64,000 nucleotides of DNA from an uncultured delta proteobacterium (GCA_963822965.1 CAWGJT010000006.1:96001-160000), one strand, 5' to 3'; numbered from the stretch's first letter, positions 1-15,448 are shown. The notes: a model not told the origin generated them from the letters alone. Made by a program: numbers and translations.

Positions 1-509
1 ACGGCCCGCACGCGGTGCCGCCGATGCCACCCGTTCCGCCCGTTCCCGCCACCCCCCCGGCGCGGCCCGCCACGGCCCCCGGGCCCTTGCCGGAGCGGAC
101 GCTCCCCGAGCCCGGCGACGAGACGGGCTTCGTCTTCGCGTGCATGGGCGGCTCGATCCGCAAGGGAAGCTGGGAGCCGCCGGAGACCCTGTACTCGCTG
201 GCGCTGATGGGAGGCGTCGAGCTCGACTTCCGCGAGGCGGCCCTGCTCGAGGGCACGACCGAGGTGGTGGTGCTGTCGATCATGGGCGGCACCCGCATCA
301 CGGTCCCCGACGACGTGGACGTCGAGGTGAACGGCGTCGGCCTCATGGGGAGCTTCGAGCACGTATCCCGCCACCTTCCCGGCCCGGACCGTCCGCTCAT
401 CCGGGTGCGCGGCCTGGCCCTGATGGGCGGCGTGAGCGTCAAGGTGAAGCCCGCTCCCAGAGCCGGGGGCATCCGGGGCTTCGCGAAGCGCCTGGGCAAC
501 CTGGTGTGA
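1..509 (+). CDS. DUF1707/LiaF-like protein, C-terminal part (5' end outside window)
   Basis: Pro-rich linker followed by repeated MGG motifs (MGGSIRKGSW, ALMGGVELDFREA, IMGGTRITVP, LMGGVSVK) typical of this family; stop at 507-509. Confidence 0.7.
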   Translation, partial: GPHAVPPMPPVPPVPATPPARPATAPGPLPERTLPEPGDETGFVFACMGGSIRKGSWEPPETLYSLALMGGVELDFREAALLEGTTEVVVLSIMGGTRITVPDDVDVEVNGVGLMGSFEHVSRHLPGPDRPLIRVRGLALMGGVSVKVKPAPRAGGIRGFAKRLGNLV

Positions 510-516
510 GGACGGG

Positions 517-1899
517 TCAGCCGCTCCCGCGCTGGCGCTTTCGGTCCAGGATCAGACGCTCGTAGGCGCGCGCCGCGCAGTCGGCCACGGCCCCGAGCGC
601 CGCGATGGACGTCTCGCCGAAGGCGCTCGAGCCGTTGTCGCAGTAGAGCAGATTGACCACCCGGTCGCGGATGGAGATGGGCTGCACGAGCAGGTCCTGC
701 ACGTGCGCCCGGCCGATGGCCTCGAGCAGGCGGCCGTCGATGCCTCCCTCGGGCGGCGCGCCCCGGAACGCGAAGCCGGTGACGGCCGGGTGCGCGAAGA
801 TGCTGTGGACGCCCAGGGGCACCTCCACCCCGTCGAGTCGGGGCTCGACGGCACCGCTCACGCGGAAGGGCTTTACCTTGTCGCCGCCCACCAGGAAGAG
901 CACTGCGGCCTCGCAGTGCACCCGGGCCAGGGCGAGCACCAGCTCGGCGATGACGTCCCGCTCTCCCGCACCGACGAGCTGCGCCTCCAGCTCGGCCACT
1001 CGCGCGGAGGAGATTGGGCCCTCGGGCTCGCGCGCCGGGCTGCGGGTCGGAGCCGCCGCCTCGACGACCAGCTCCTCGAGCAGCAGGAGCTCGTCCTCGA
1101 CGTCCTCCTTGGCAGATGCCTCCGGCGGGGGCGGACGGGCGGGCTCCGGTGCGGTGGACGGCCGTGGGGAGCCGGCCTGGGGCGGAGAGACGGTCTCGGG
1201 CGCGGGGGCGGACCGAGGCGCCGGGGCGACCGGAGCCGTCTCGGGCTCCGGGCGCAGCACGTCGTCCTCGAACCACTGGTCCAGCACGTCCCGGGCCCCG
1301 GCGGCCGGCTCGGGGGCCGGCGCCGGCCGGGGTGCGCGCGACCCGGGAGCTTGCAGGGTGTGTCCGAGGCTCGATTCGGCGCCGTCCGAGAGCACCATGT
1401 CGGTTCGCCGCAGGCGCGTCGCCAGATTCACGAAGCGTGGATGCCGATCGATCTGGAGATGGGTCTCGAGCCAGTAGAGGAGCCGGATCTCGGGCAGCAC
1501 GTACGGGATCACCGGGCGATTGGCCGCGGTGGAGACGAAGTCGAGCTGCTCGCGGTCCTGGGGATCGAGCATGGCCACGTGCAGGGCCTCGCGCTCGACG
1601 TGCAGGGGCAGCAGCTTGTGGCGCCGGATGAGCGCCATCGGCACCAGGTGGATGGCCTTCGGGTCGGGGTTCTCCACCCAGTCCACGGGCGCCAGGGTGA
1701 GCCCGTGGAAGCGCGTCAGGTGCTCGGCCAGCTCTTCCAGGCGCAGGTAGCCGATCTCGACGAGGTTCGTCCCGAGACGCCCGCCGTAGACGGACTGCGA
1801 GCGCAGCGCCTCCTGGAGCTGACCCTCGTTCAGCACGCCTTCGGCGAGCAGCCACTCGCCGAAGTGCAGCTCCTTGCGTTCCCTCGATCCGGCCTGCAC
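517..1899 (-). CDS. MshEN/GspE N-terminal domain protein with Pro-rich linker and C-terminal GAF-like domain, no ATPase
   Basis: Tandem motifs HFGEWLLAEGVLNEGQLQEALRSQ and RLGTNLVEIGYL, then LHVAMLDP; GTG start inferred at 1899 within ORF 517..2601. Confidence 0.75.
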   Translation of the reverse strand: MQAGSRERKELHFGEWLLAEGVLNEGQLQEALRSQSVYGGRLGTNLVEIGYLRLEELAEHLTRFHGLTLAPVDWVENPDPKAIHLVPMALIRRHKLLPLHVEREALHVAMLDPQDREQLDFVSTAANRPVIPYVLPEIRLLYWLETHLQIDRHPRFVNLATRLRRTDMVLSDGAESSLGHTLQAPGSRAPRPAPAPEPAAGARDVLDQWFEDDVLRPEPETAPVAPAPRSAPAPETVSPPQAGSPRPSTAPEPARPPPPEASAKEDVEDELLLLEELVVEAAAPTRSPAREPEGPISSARVAELEAQLVGAGERDVIAELVLALARVHCEAAVLFLVGGDKVKPFRVSGAVEPRLDGVEVPLGVHSIFAHPAVTGFAFRGAPPEGGIDGRLLEAIGRAHVQDLLVQPISIRDRVVNLLYCDNGSSAFGETSIAALGAVADCAARAYERLILDRKRQRGSG

Positions 1900-2088
1900 C
1901 CGGGCCCTCCCGGCCCCGGAATCGGCCGGACGGAGGCGCGACCGTAGCCCGGCCCCGCGAGAGCCCCCTCCCCCGGCGCGGGACGTTCCGCCGCGGCGCG
2001 GGGTGTTACGCTCGCGACGGAATCCATCGCGAAGGAGCGGGACATGGGCGAAGCCAGGCCGGATCGGAAGCGGCTCACGAAGGAGACC

Positions 2089-2637
2089 ATGGACATCGAG
2101 CCGGGCCTGCCCTTGCAGGCGTCCGCCGGCGGCGTCGAGGAGCTGCGGCGCGACATCCAGCGGCTGATGGACATGGAGGCGATCCGACAGCTCAAGCATG
2201 CCTACTTCCGCTGCATCGACACCGCCAACTTCGAGGAGCTCGCGACGCTCTTCCACGAGGACGTCTCGGTCCACTTCATCGGCGGCAACTACGAGTGGAA
2301 GCTGCAAGGACGGGACGAGTACGTCGCCTCCGTAAAGAAGGCCTTCACCCGCCAGGCCATCGGGCACCACAACGGCCACCAGCCCGAGATCCAGATGCTG
2401 AGCGACAGCGAGGCGACGGGCATCTGGTACCTGGCGGATCACATGTGGATCCTGTCCGCGAACTACTTCACCACGGGCACCGCGCTGTATTGGGACCGCT
2501 ACTGCAAGGTGGACGGGAGCTGGAAGATCAAGGAGACCCGCTACGAGCGGATCTACGAGATGAGCCAGCTGCTCGAAGAGGCGCCGAAGGTCTCGTCCCA
2601 CTACCTGGGCGTGTTCGGCAGCGAGGTGATCGCCTGA
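2089..2637 (+). CDS. NTF2/SnoaL-like (BaiE-type) protein
   Basis: DMEAIRQLKHAYFRCIDT, HHNGHQPEI, ATGIWYLAD, DRYCKVDGSWKI; AGGAG RBS before ATG 2089. Confidence 0.85.
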   Translation: MDIEPGLPLQASAGGVEELRRDIQRLMDMEAIRQLKHAYFRCIDTANFEELATLFHEDVSVHFIGGNYEWKLQGRDEYVASVKKAFTRQAIGHHNGHQPEIQMLSDSEATGIWYLADHMWILSANYFTTGTALYWDRYCKVDGSWKIKETRYERIYEMSQLLEEAPKVSSHYLGVFGSEVIA

Positions 2638-2652
2638 GGCCCGCGCGCGGGC

Positions 2653-3750
2653 TCACAGCCACTCGAGCCAACGACCGTGGGGGTTGCAGCGCGCTGCCAG
2701 CCGCGTCTCGCGCTCGCTCCCGCGATACGTGGTGTGCTTGAGCTCCGAGCAGCGGTCTCCCGTCCCCTCGATGCTCAAGAAGTGGATCGGACGCGCGGCG
2801 GCCGCCGCCTGCATGGCCTTCAGGGTGCCGCGCAGGGCGTCGCGCGGGAACTGGTAGAGGGTGTGCGTGCCGTAGACGCACACCGTCACGCCGGCCGGCG
2901 CCTCGCCGATCAGCGCCGGCAGCGCGCGAGACGCGTCGCCCCGCACCAGTCGCGGCGGCGCCTCCCGCGCGATCTCGATGGCGCCGCTGAGGCGCTCCGG
3001 GCGGCCCGGATGGTCGGGCCACACGAGGGCGCGCAGCCACTGCACGGCGTCGGGATCGGAGACGTCGACGGGGTGGAGATCGATGCCGCTCCGCGACGCG
3101 ACCGGAATCTCCCGGGGTAGCGGCGGCAGGGCGACGTCGCCGCGAAGGCTGCACTCGACGACGACGCGCGACGACGCGTCGCCCCACGTCACGGTCGTCC
3201 CGGATGCCGGCTCCGGCGTGTAGCGATAGCGGAAGCGATCCCACTGCAGGTTGAGCCCGGCGCTGGGGCCGATCTCCACGAGCCACAGGGGCGCACCCCC
3301 CTCCGCCTCGCAGACCCGCGCGAAGGCCGGCAGCAGCGCGCTGCTGCGCTGGACCACGTTGGTCTGGGTGAGACGGCTCGCGATCAGCGGCTCGATCGCC
3401 GCCCGATGCGCCAGGCAGAAGTCCCGGAACACGGGAAACACGTCGCGCGCCGGCTCGACGGCGCCCCGCGCGAGAGCCGGGTAGAAGTCGCGCAGCGGGT
3501 GGAGGGCCCCGCCCAGCAGCAGGAAGTGCACCGCGGCGAAGAGCAGGTTCGGCGGCGGCTGGGTGGCCGGGGCGTGGGCCGCCAGCGCCAGCAGGTCCGC
3601 GTCGCGGGCCACCCCGCGGCACAGGGCCTGGTAGATCCAGCCCTCGATCTGCGGGCATTCGAGCTCGCCGAAGTAGGAGAAGATGCGCGCCAGGCCTTCG
3701 GGGCTGCGGTCGCCGCCGTCGGGCCGCCGGGTCTCGAGGGAATCCGTCAT
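2653..3750 (-). CDS. DUF2332 family protein (SAM-methyltransferase-like fold)
   Basis: NLLFAAVHFL, TQTNVVQRS, EIGPSAGLNL, WLRALVWP, C-terminal PHGRWLEWL. Confidence 0.85.
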   Translation of the reverse strand: MTDSLETRRPDGGDRSPEGLARIFSYFGELECPQIEGWIYQALCRGVARDADLLALAAHAPATQPPPNLLFAAVHFLLLGGALHPLRDFYPALARGAVEPARDVFPVFRDFCLAHRAAIEPLIASRLTQTNVVQRSSALLPAFARVCEAEGGAPLWLVEIGPSAGLNLQWDRFRYRYTPEPASGTTVTWGDASSRVVVECSLRGDVALPPLPREIPVASRSGIDLHPVDVSDPDAVQWLRALVWPDHPGRPERLSGAIEIAREAPPRLVRGDASRALPALIGEAPAGVTVCVYGTHTLYQFPRDALRGTLKAMQAAAAARPIHFLSIEGTGDRCSELKHTTYRGSERETRLAARCNPHGRWLEWL

Positions 3751-3870
3751 GGCGCGGTGTGTAGCGCCGCGAATCATGGATCGGCACGTCCACGTCCCCG
3801 GGAGGCGTGAATCCACCTCGATCCACATTGCCCTCGCGCCGGCGATCCGCCCGCCCGGGACGGGACCGGG

Positions 3871-4911
3871 TCAGACGTTGAAGCGGAAGTGGACGACGTC
3901 GCCGTCCTGGATCACGTATTCCTTGCCCTCGACGCGGAGCTTGCCGGCGTCGCGGCACTTCGCCTCGCTCCCCTCGGCCACGAGATCCTCCCACCGGATC
4001 ACCTCGGCGCGAATGAAGCCACGCTCGATGTCCGAGTGGATCTTGCCCGCTGCCTGGGGCGCCTTCGTGTTCCGCCGGACCGGCCAGGCCCGGCACTCGT
4101 CCGGCCCGGCGGTGAGCATGGAGATGAGATCGAGCAGCGCGTAGGCGGAACGGATGAAGCGCGCCTTCGCGGGCTCCTCGAGGCCCAGGGCTTCGAGGAA
4201 CTCCTTCTGCTCGGCGGGCGGCATCTGGGCGATGTCCATCTCCACGGGGGCCGACAGCACCACCAGCCCCAGGCCGCGTTCCCCGGCCGCCCGTGCGAGG
4301 GCAGCGGGCGCGGGCTCCTGGATGGCCTCCTCGGCGACGTTCAGCACCAGCATCAGGGGCTTCGCGGTGAGGAACGCGTAGCCCGAGAGCACCTTCTGCT
4401 CGGCCTCGGAGAGATCGACGGAGCGGATCGGCTTCTCCGACTCGAGGCCTTCCTGGATGCGCTCCAGCAGCTCGAGCTGCCGGGCGTCGCTGCGGTCCTT
4501 GCGAAGGCGCGCGACCCGCTGCTCGACGATGGCGAGGTCGGCCAGGATCGTCTCGGTCTCGAGCTCGGCCATCTCGCCCGTGGGATCCGGCGCCTCACCC
4601 AGCTCGTTCGGAAAGCCCCGAAGCACCTGGCACAGGGCGTCCACGTCGCGCATCGCGTTGAGGGTGGCGCGGTCGATCCCCTTGCTGGCCCCCGTCGCCG
4701 CGAGATCCGTGAAGGTCGTCTCGGCATAGGTGGTCTTCTTCGGCGAGTAGAGCTTCGCCAGGGCGTCGACCCGCGAATCCGGCACCTTCACGACGCCCAC
4801 GTTGGCCTTGCCCGAGCCGGCCGCGTAGCCCGTCTCGACGGCGATTCCCGTGAGCGCGCCGAACACGGTGCTCTTGCCGCTGCCCGGCAGTCCGACGAGT
4901 CCGATCTTCAT
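3871..4911 (-). CDS. ychF: YchF/Obg-family NTPase (DUF933 domain)
   Basis: [10 protein letters not shown]-loop, [37 protein letters not shown]. Confidence 0.9.
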   Translation of the reverse strand: MKIGLVGLPGSGKSTVFGALTGIAVETGYAAGSGKANVGVVKVPDSRVDALAKLYSPKKTTYAETTFTDLAATGASKGIDRATLNAMRDVDALCQVLRGFPNELGEAPDPTGEMAELETETILADLAIVEQRVARLRKDRSDARQLELLERIQEGLESEKPIRSVDLSEAEQKVLSGYAFLTAKPLMLVLNVAEEAIQEPAPAALARAAGERGLGLVVLSAPVEMDIAQMPPAEQKEFLEALGLEEPAKARFIRSAYALLDLISMLTAGPDECRAWPVRRNTKAPQAAGKIHSDIERGFIRAEVIRWEDLVAEGSEAKCRDAGKLRVEGKEYVIQDGDVVHFRFNV

Positions 4912-4978
4912 GCGGGCCAGACCCTAGCATGCCGACCCGGGCGGGGTCGGCTCGCGCCGCGCACGCCGGACGCTCGCC

Positions 4979-6967
4979 TCAGCGGGCTCCCCGCCGGCGG
5001 GCCACGCCCGCCGCACCGGCAACCGCCAGCATCGCGACGAGCAGCAACGTTGCCGGCGCGCCGAGCGTCGGCCCGCGCACGACCCGGTCGCAGACGTCCC
5101 CGCGCCCGTCGCCGTCGGCGTCCGCCTGCCCCGGGTTCGGCAGGTAGCGACAGTTGTCACAGGCATTGCCGACCCCGTCCCCGTCGTCGTCGGCCTGGTC
5201 GGGGTTGGCGACGTCGAAGCAGTTGTCCACGTCGCTGCACAGGCCGTCCGCGTCCACGTCACCGATGGGATCCGCCGGGCACGCGTCGCAGGCGTCCCCC
5301 GTACCGTCGCCGTCCCCGTCGGCCTGGAGGGGATTCGAGACGCCCGGACAGTTGTCCGCGTCGGCGCACAGGCCGTCGCCGTCGGCGTCGTTCTGGGGAT
5401 CGGCCGGACAGCCATCGCAGGCGTCGCCCACGCCGTCCGCATCGGCGTCGGCCTGGCTCGCGTCGGCCACGCCCGCGCAGTTGTCGTCGCAGGCGAGCGT
5501 CTCGCCCCCGGTGCACGGGGCGTCACCGATCCAGCCGGAGCCGTCCCCGTCGTCGAGGACGCCGTCGCCGTCGCTGTCGTAGTCGAGCAGCAGCTCGGTG
5601 AGAGCGCCGTCGAGCGCCGTCAACGGATAGCTCGCACCGTTCCCGGGGTTCGTCACCGGGGTGCCGTGGGAGGTGAGCAGGGTTCGCACGTCGGCCGGAG
5701 TGAGGGTCGGGTCGACGCTCAGCAAGAGCGCCGCCTCGCCGGACGCATAGGCGGCCGCGGACGACGTGCCGCCGATGTACGTCGCGCCACCGACGGTGAG
5801 GGTTCTCGTCTTCCAGTCGGGTGCGAGAATGTCGAGCAGCGAGCCGCTGTTGGCATGACACACGAAGCTGCCGGCGACGGTCGGCGCGTCCGTGCACGTC
5901 TCGGTGCAGCTCGCATCGAAGCACCAGCCGACGCTCGAGAAGGCTGCGTCGTACACGCCTCCCACGGAGATCGCGTCCGGCGCGCAGGCGGGCAGGGAGA
6001 TGCCGTGATCCCAGCCGTTGTTGCCCGACGCGGCGAAGACGACGACGCCCGCCGCCACGACCTCGGCGACGGCGTTCGCCAGGATCGAGCCGCTGCAGGG
6101 CGCGATGCCCGCATTGTCGTACTCGCCTCCGTCCGAGAGGCTCATGTTGACGACCCGGATGCCGTAGGCGGCCTGGTTCGCGAGCACCCAGTCGAGGCCG
6201 CGGGCTACGTCGGAGGTGTTTCCGTTTCCCTCGGAGGAGAGCACCCGCACCGCCACGATCCGGGCGTCGGGCGCGATTCCCCGGGCCGTCGCACTCGACG
6301 TGATGATGCCGCTCATGCTCGTGCCGTGTCCGTCGTCGTCCTCGGCGGATCCCGAGCCGGACTGCTCGTCGCTGCCGTCCGGACAGCATCCCGCCGGCCC
6401 GGGATTCGTGTCGCAGAAGCACTGCTCGCCGACGAGCGCACCGGACAGGGCGGGATGATCGCTGTCGATGCCCGTATCGAGGACCGCCACGTTGATCCCC
6501 TGGCCCCGAAAGCCCTGATCGATCAGCACGTCGGCCCCGAGCAGCGGGACGCCCTGGACCGTCGCCTTCTGGATTCGGCGATCGAGATCGACACGCTCCA
6601 CCTCGGGAAGGCGCTCGAGGGCTTCGATCGCCTCCGGCCGCGCCCAGCCGGCGATCCCGCTGACCAGGCCATAGCGATGCCGAATCTCGAAGGAGCCCGG
6701 GGGCAGCGCCCGCAACGCGCGATCCTGCCGAGCACGGATCCGGTCTCCACGCAGCAAACGCGCGCGCGGCAGGTCGTCACGGCGCAGCACGACCTCGATC
6801 GGAATCTGGTCCGACGCGGTGCTGGCGGCCAGACGCTCCCGCAGGCGCGGCGAGACGCGAGAGCCGGCCTGGGCGAACGCCGACGGGCTCGCGGCGGCCG
6901 CGAAGAGCAGAACGAGGAGCAGGCGAGGGATCGCCCGTGAAGCCCTGCTCCCCGCACCGCCCGCCAT
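4979..6967 (-). CDS. Secreted S8 subtilisin-like protease with thrombospondin type-3 repeats and C-terminal TM sorting signal
   Basis: Signal peptide; catalytic motifs VLDTGID, DGHGT, GGTSS; DxDGDGxGDACDxC repeats; tail GPTL + hydrophobic helix + RRR. Confidence 0.9.
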   Translation of the reverse strand: MAGGAGSRASRAIPRLLLVLLFAAAASPSAFAQAGSRVSPRLRERLAASTASDQIPIEVVLRRDDLPRARLLRGDRIRARQDRALRALPPGSFEIRHRYGLVSGIAGWARPEAIEALERLPEVERVDLDRRIQKATVQGVPLLGADVLIDQGFRGQGINVAVLDTGIDSDHPALSGALVGEQCFCDTNPGPAGCCPDGSDEQSGSGSAEDDDGHGTSMSGIITSSATARGIAPDARIVAVRVLSSEGNGNTSDVARGLDWVLANQAAYGIRVVNMSLSDGGEYDNAGIAPCSGSILANAVAEVVAAGVVVFAASGNNGWDHGISLPACAPDAISVGGVYDAAFSSVGWCFDASCTETCTDAPTVAGSFVCHANSGSLLDILAPDWKTRTLTVGGATYIGGTSSAAAYASGEAALLLSVDPTLTPADVRTLLTSHGTPVTNPGNGASYPLTALDGALTELLLDYDSDGDGVLDDGDGSGWIGDAPCTGGETLACDDNCAGVADASQADADADGVGDACDGCPADPQNDADGDGLCADADNCPGVSNPLQADGDGDGTGDACDACPADPIGDVDADGLCSDVDNCFDVANPDQADDDGDGVGNACDNCRYLPNPGQADADGDGRGDVCDRVVRGPTLGAPATLLLVAMLAVAGAAGVARRRGAR

Positions 6968-7165
6968 TCACCCGCCTCCGCTTCGAGAGCGTGCCCATTC
7001 TCGCACAAGAGCACCCGTCAGGAGAAGCCGGACGCGATCCGCAGCCCGGCGGCAGCCGCTGCGCAATCGACGTGAGCGGCGCGCGCGATTCGACCGTCCG
7101 CGCGGCCCGCCATCCCCGCAGCGCGCGTCAAGCCGTCGGGCGACGGCACCGATACACAGCGAACC

Positions 7166-7915
7166 ATGCCGCGCTCGGACTCGGTTTCCGCGGCGTTCTT
7201 CCTCGCCAACATGCTCATCATGCTGGCCCTGGGAGGACGGCTGCTCCTCGCCGCCCGCCGCTCGCGGCGCGCGGCCGAGGCGGCGGTCGGGACCTCGGCG
7301 GCGTTCGGCGCGCTGGCGGTCATCCTGGGCCTCGTCGCCACCAGCCTGCTGGCGCGCAACCCCTCGGCATTCCCGCTGTGGGCGGCGAGTCGTTGGGCGC
7401 AGGCCACGGGCCTGTGCGGACTCGCCGTCGGAAGCTGGCGCATCTACCACCCGGACCGGCCGGAAGCGGCCGCGGCGGCGGCCATCTCGTGCGCGACGGC
7501 GCTCACGGCCGCCGCGCTGCGCACCTTCGGAGGCAGCATGCCGCCGCCGAATGCGACGTCGACGGGTCTGCTCCTCTCGGTCGTCGCGTCGCTCGCCGTC
7601 TACGGCTGGGGAACCGTCGAGGCCTTCCGCTACCACCGCGTGCTTCGGCGCCGCCTGGCCCTGGGGCTCGCCGATCCGGTCATCACCCACCAGTTCCTGT
7701 TGTGGGGCTACTCGGGCGCATGCGCGCTCGCGACCACGGTGACGGGCAGCGTCTGCCTGTTCGCGTTGGGAACCTCGCTGTCGGCGTACCCCGGCCTCTT
7801 CGCAGTGGCCCAGCTCGCCCTGCTGGAGGCGGCCATCGCGCTGTGGTTCGCGTTCTTCCCGCCCCGCTTCTACCGCGAGCTGTTGCGCAGGCGCGCGACC
7901 CGCGCCACCTCCTGA
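7166..7915 (+). CDS. Uncharacterised polytopic (~7 TM) membrane protein, paralog of 45413..46181
   Basis: Multiple hydrophobic segments; RRRLALGLADPVITHQFLLWG and FFPPRFYR motifs shared with the second copy. Confidence 0.75.
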   Translation: MPRSDSVSAAFFLANMLIMLALGGRLLLAARRSRRAAEAAVGTSAAFGALAVILGLVATSLLARNPSAFPLWAASRWAQATGLCGLAVGSWRIYHPDRPEAAAAAAISCATALTAAALRTFGGSMPPPNATSTGLLLSVVASLAVYGWGTVEAFRYHRVLRRRLALGLADPVITHQFLLWGYSGACALATTVTGSVCLFALGTSLSAYPGLFAVAQLALLEAAIALWFAFFPPRFYRELLRRRATRATS

Positions 7916-8820
7916 TCGCGCCGCTCCCGGCGCTTGATCTCGAGGTACTCCGCGCGGGGCATCTCGCGCAGCTGCAGCGGATAGCGTTCGCAGAGATCGA
8001 ACCAGCGTGCCAGACGCGCCTCGAGGCGAGCCTCGGCGGGAGCGCCCTGCGTATCCAGGTAGGCGACGACCGCGAGGTAGTAGCGGAGGGCGTTGCGCTC
8101 CACGGCGCCCGCCATGCCCGTCACGTACTCGGGCTTGCCGTCGGCGTCGTAGCCGGTGACCGTGAAGCCCACCTTGTTGCGACCCACGGTTGCCAGGTAG
8201 GTGCTCGTCGCGAGCCGCGCCGCGAGGCCCGGGCGGTACGAGTAGTGCAGGTGCAGGCGGCTCGATCCGTCCCGCAGCGGCGTGACGCGCAGCTCGATGC
8301 GCACGTCGTGTACGCCGAGCGGGCCCTCGTCCGCCGCCAGCGAGGCGTCGACGCCACCGGAGTCGTCTCGGGAGAGATCGAAGGCGTAGACCATGGGAAC
8401 ACGGTTGCGCGGCGGCACGTAGACCTTGCGGCCGGTCTCGATGCGAATGGGGACCGCCCGCGAGCCGGAGTCCGCCTCGTCCTCCGGCCGGCAGGACTTC
8501 ACGTTGAAGTGGAGCGTCAGCACGTCGCACCAGGCCTGGGGCCGCGCCAGCACCTGCTGCAGGTCGGCGAACGGAACCGCCAGCAGGCCGCGCACGTCGC
8601 CCTGGACCGTGTCCCCCTCGAGATTCGCGGTGACGCTGAGCGGGTCCTCGAAGGGGCCGGCCTCGAGCGGGCTGGGGAGCCGGGGGTGCGCGGCCGGCAG
8701 CGCGCGCCGTCCCGCCGCCGGCGGCTCCGCGGCCACCGGCGTGGCGACGACGAGCGCGGTGGCGGCCAACACGATCCACGCGGCGCCGAAGCCGATGATC
8801 CGGGCCGGAATCCTCCTCAT
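7870..8820 (-). CDS. Hypothetical exported protein
   Basis: ATG overlaps the truA stop (ATGA, 8817-8820); signal-peptide-like N-terminus; globular composition (ERNALRYYLA, ERYPLQLREM). Confidence 0.7.
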   Translation of the reverse strand: MRRIPARIIGFGAAWIVLAATALVVATPVAAEPPAAGRRALPAAHPRLPSPLEAGPFEDPLSVTANLEGDTVQGDVRGLLAVPFADLQQVLARPQAWCDVLTLHFNVKSCRPEDEADSGSRAVPIRIETGRKVYVPPRNRVPMVYAFDLSRDDSGGVDASLAADEGPLGVHDVRIELRVTPLRDGSSRLHLHYSYRPGLAARLATSTYLATVGRNKVGFTVTGYDADGKPEYVTGMAGAVERNALRYYLAVVAYLDTQGAPAEARLEARLARWFDLCERYPLQLREMPRAEYLEIKRRERRDQEVARVARLRNSSR

Positions 8821-9623
8821 CGGCCGCTCCCCTCCTCGTCTCGGAGCCCGCCGGACGGCCGACCGCACCGGACCTCCGCGTCCGCGTAGCGGACGGCCAC
8901 GAGGGTCAGCCCCCGGGCCGGTGCGGTGACCCCCGCGCAGGCCCGATCCCGCGACGCCAGCACGCGCGCCATGTCCTCGGGCGGCCGGCGTCCGCGACCC
9001 ACCTCGCCGAGGGTTCCGACGAGGTTGCGCACCATGTAGCGAAGGAAGCCCGGTCCCTCGAAGTCGAGGACGATCTCCCCCGGAACGCGCCCCGCGACCT
9101 CGACCCGATCGAGGCGACGGATCGTCGTGCGCACGGACGAGCCGGCGGCCTGGAAGGCCGCGAAGTCGTGCTCGCCCACCACGTGCCGCGCGGCCTTCTG
9201 CATGGCCTCGACATCGAGGGGCGTCCTCACCCACCAGCTGCGCCGGGCGCGCAGGGGCGAGCGCACCGTGTGGTTCCAGATGCGATAGCGGTAGTGCTTG
9301 GAGCGCGCGTGGCGGCGCGCGTCGAAGTCGTCCGCCACACGCTCGACGGCGACCACCGCCACGTCGCCGGGCAGGTTGGCGTTCAGCGCCTCGCGCAGGG
9401 AGCCGGCATCGAGCCGGGTCTCGAAGCGCGCGCTCGCCACCTGCCCCTCCGCGTGGACGCCGGCGTCGGTGCGGCCCGAGCCCGTCAGCCGAACCGGCCC
9501 CCCCACGATGCGCGCGAGCGCGTCGGCCACGCTTGCCTGGACGGTGCGGCGCCCTTCCCCCTGGGCCTGCCAGCCCGCGAAATCCGTCCCGTCGTACTCG
9601 AGGATGAAGCGGAAGCTCTCCAA
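8817..9623 (-). CDS. truA: tRNA pseudouridine(38-40) synthase
   Basis: EYDGTDFAGWQ, GSGRTDAGVHA, GFLRYMVRNLVG, TAPARGL; TTG start inferred. Confidence 0.95.
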   Translation of the reverse strand: MESFRFILEYDGTDFAGWQAQGEGRRTVQASVADALARIVGGPVRLTGSGRTDAGVHAEGQVASARFETRLDAGSLREALNANLPGDVAVVAVERVADDFDARRHARSKHYRYRIWNHTVRSPLRARRSWWVRTPLDVEAMQKAARHVVGEHDFAAFQAAGSSVRTTIRRLDRVEVAGRVPGEIVLDFEGPGFLRYMVRNLVGTLGEVGRGRRPPEDMARVLASRDRACAGVTAPARGLTLVAVRYADAEVRCGRPSGGLRDEEGSGR

Positions 9624-9682
9624 GGGCGCGTCCCCCAGTGGGGGTGAAAGCGGGCTCCGACGCTCGGAGCCACCCGTTCGGA

Positions 9683-11794
<2,112 letters not shown>

Positions 11795-11845
11795 GAGATG
11801 CTCCTGCTGCCGCGGGTGGCGGGCGCGCAGCCCGCTCCGGGTCGC

Positions 11846-15329
<3,484 letters not shown>

Positions 15330-15448
15330 TCCAGTGCCAGTCCGAGTGGCTCCCGCAGGCGTCTGTCGTTTCGCAGGAAACGCCAGGGCTCCGGTCGCGA
15401 GTGTTGGGGAGACGCCGGTCCCGTGGGCCGTCGCCAGCTAAGTGCCCG

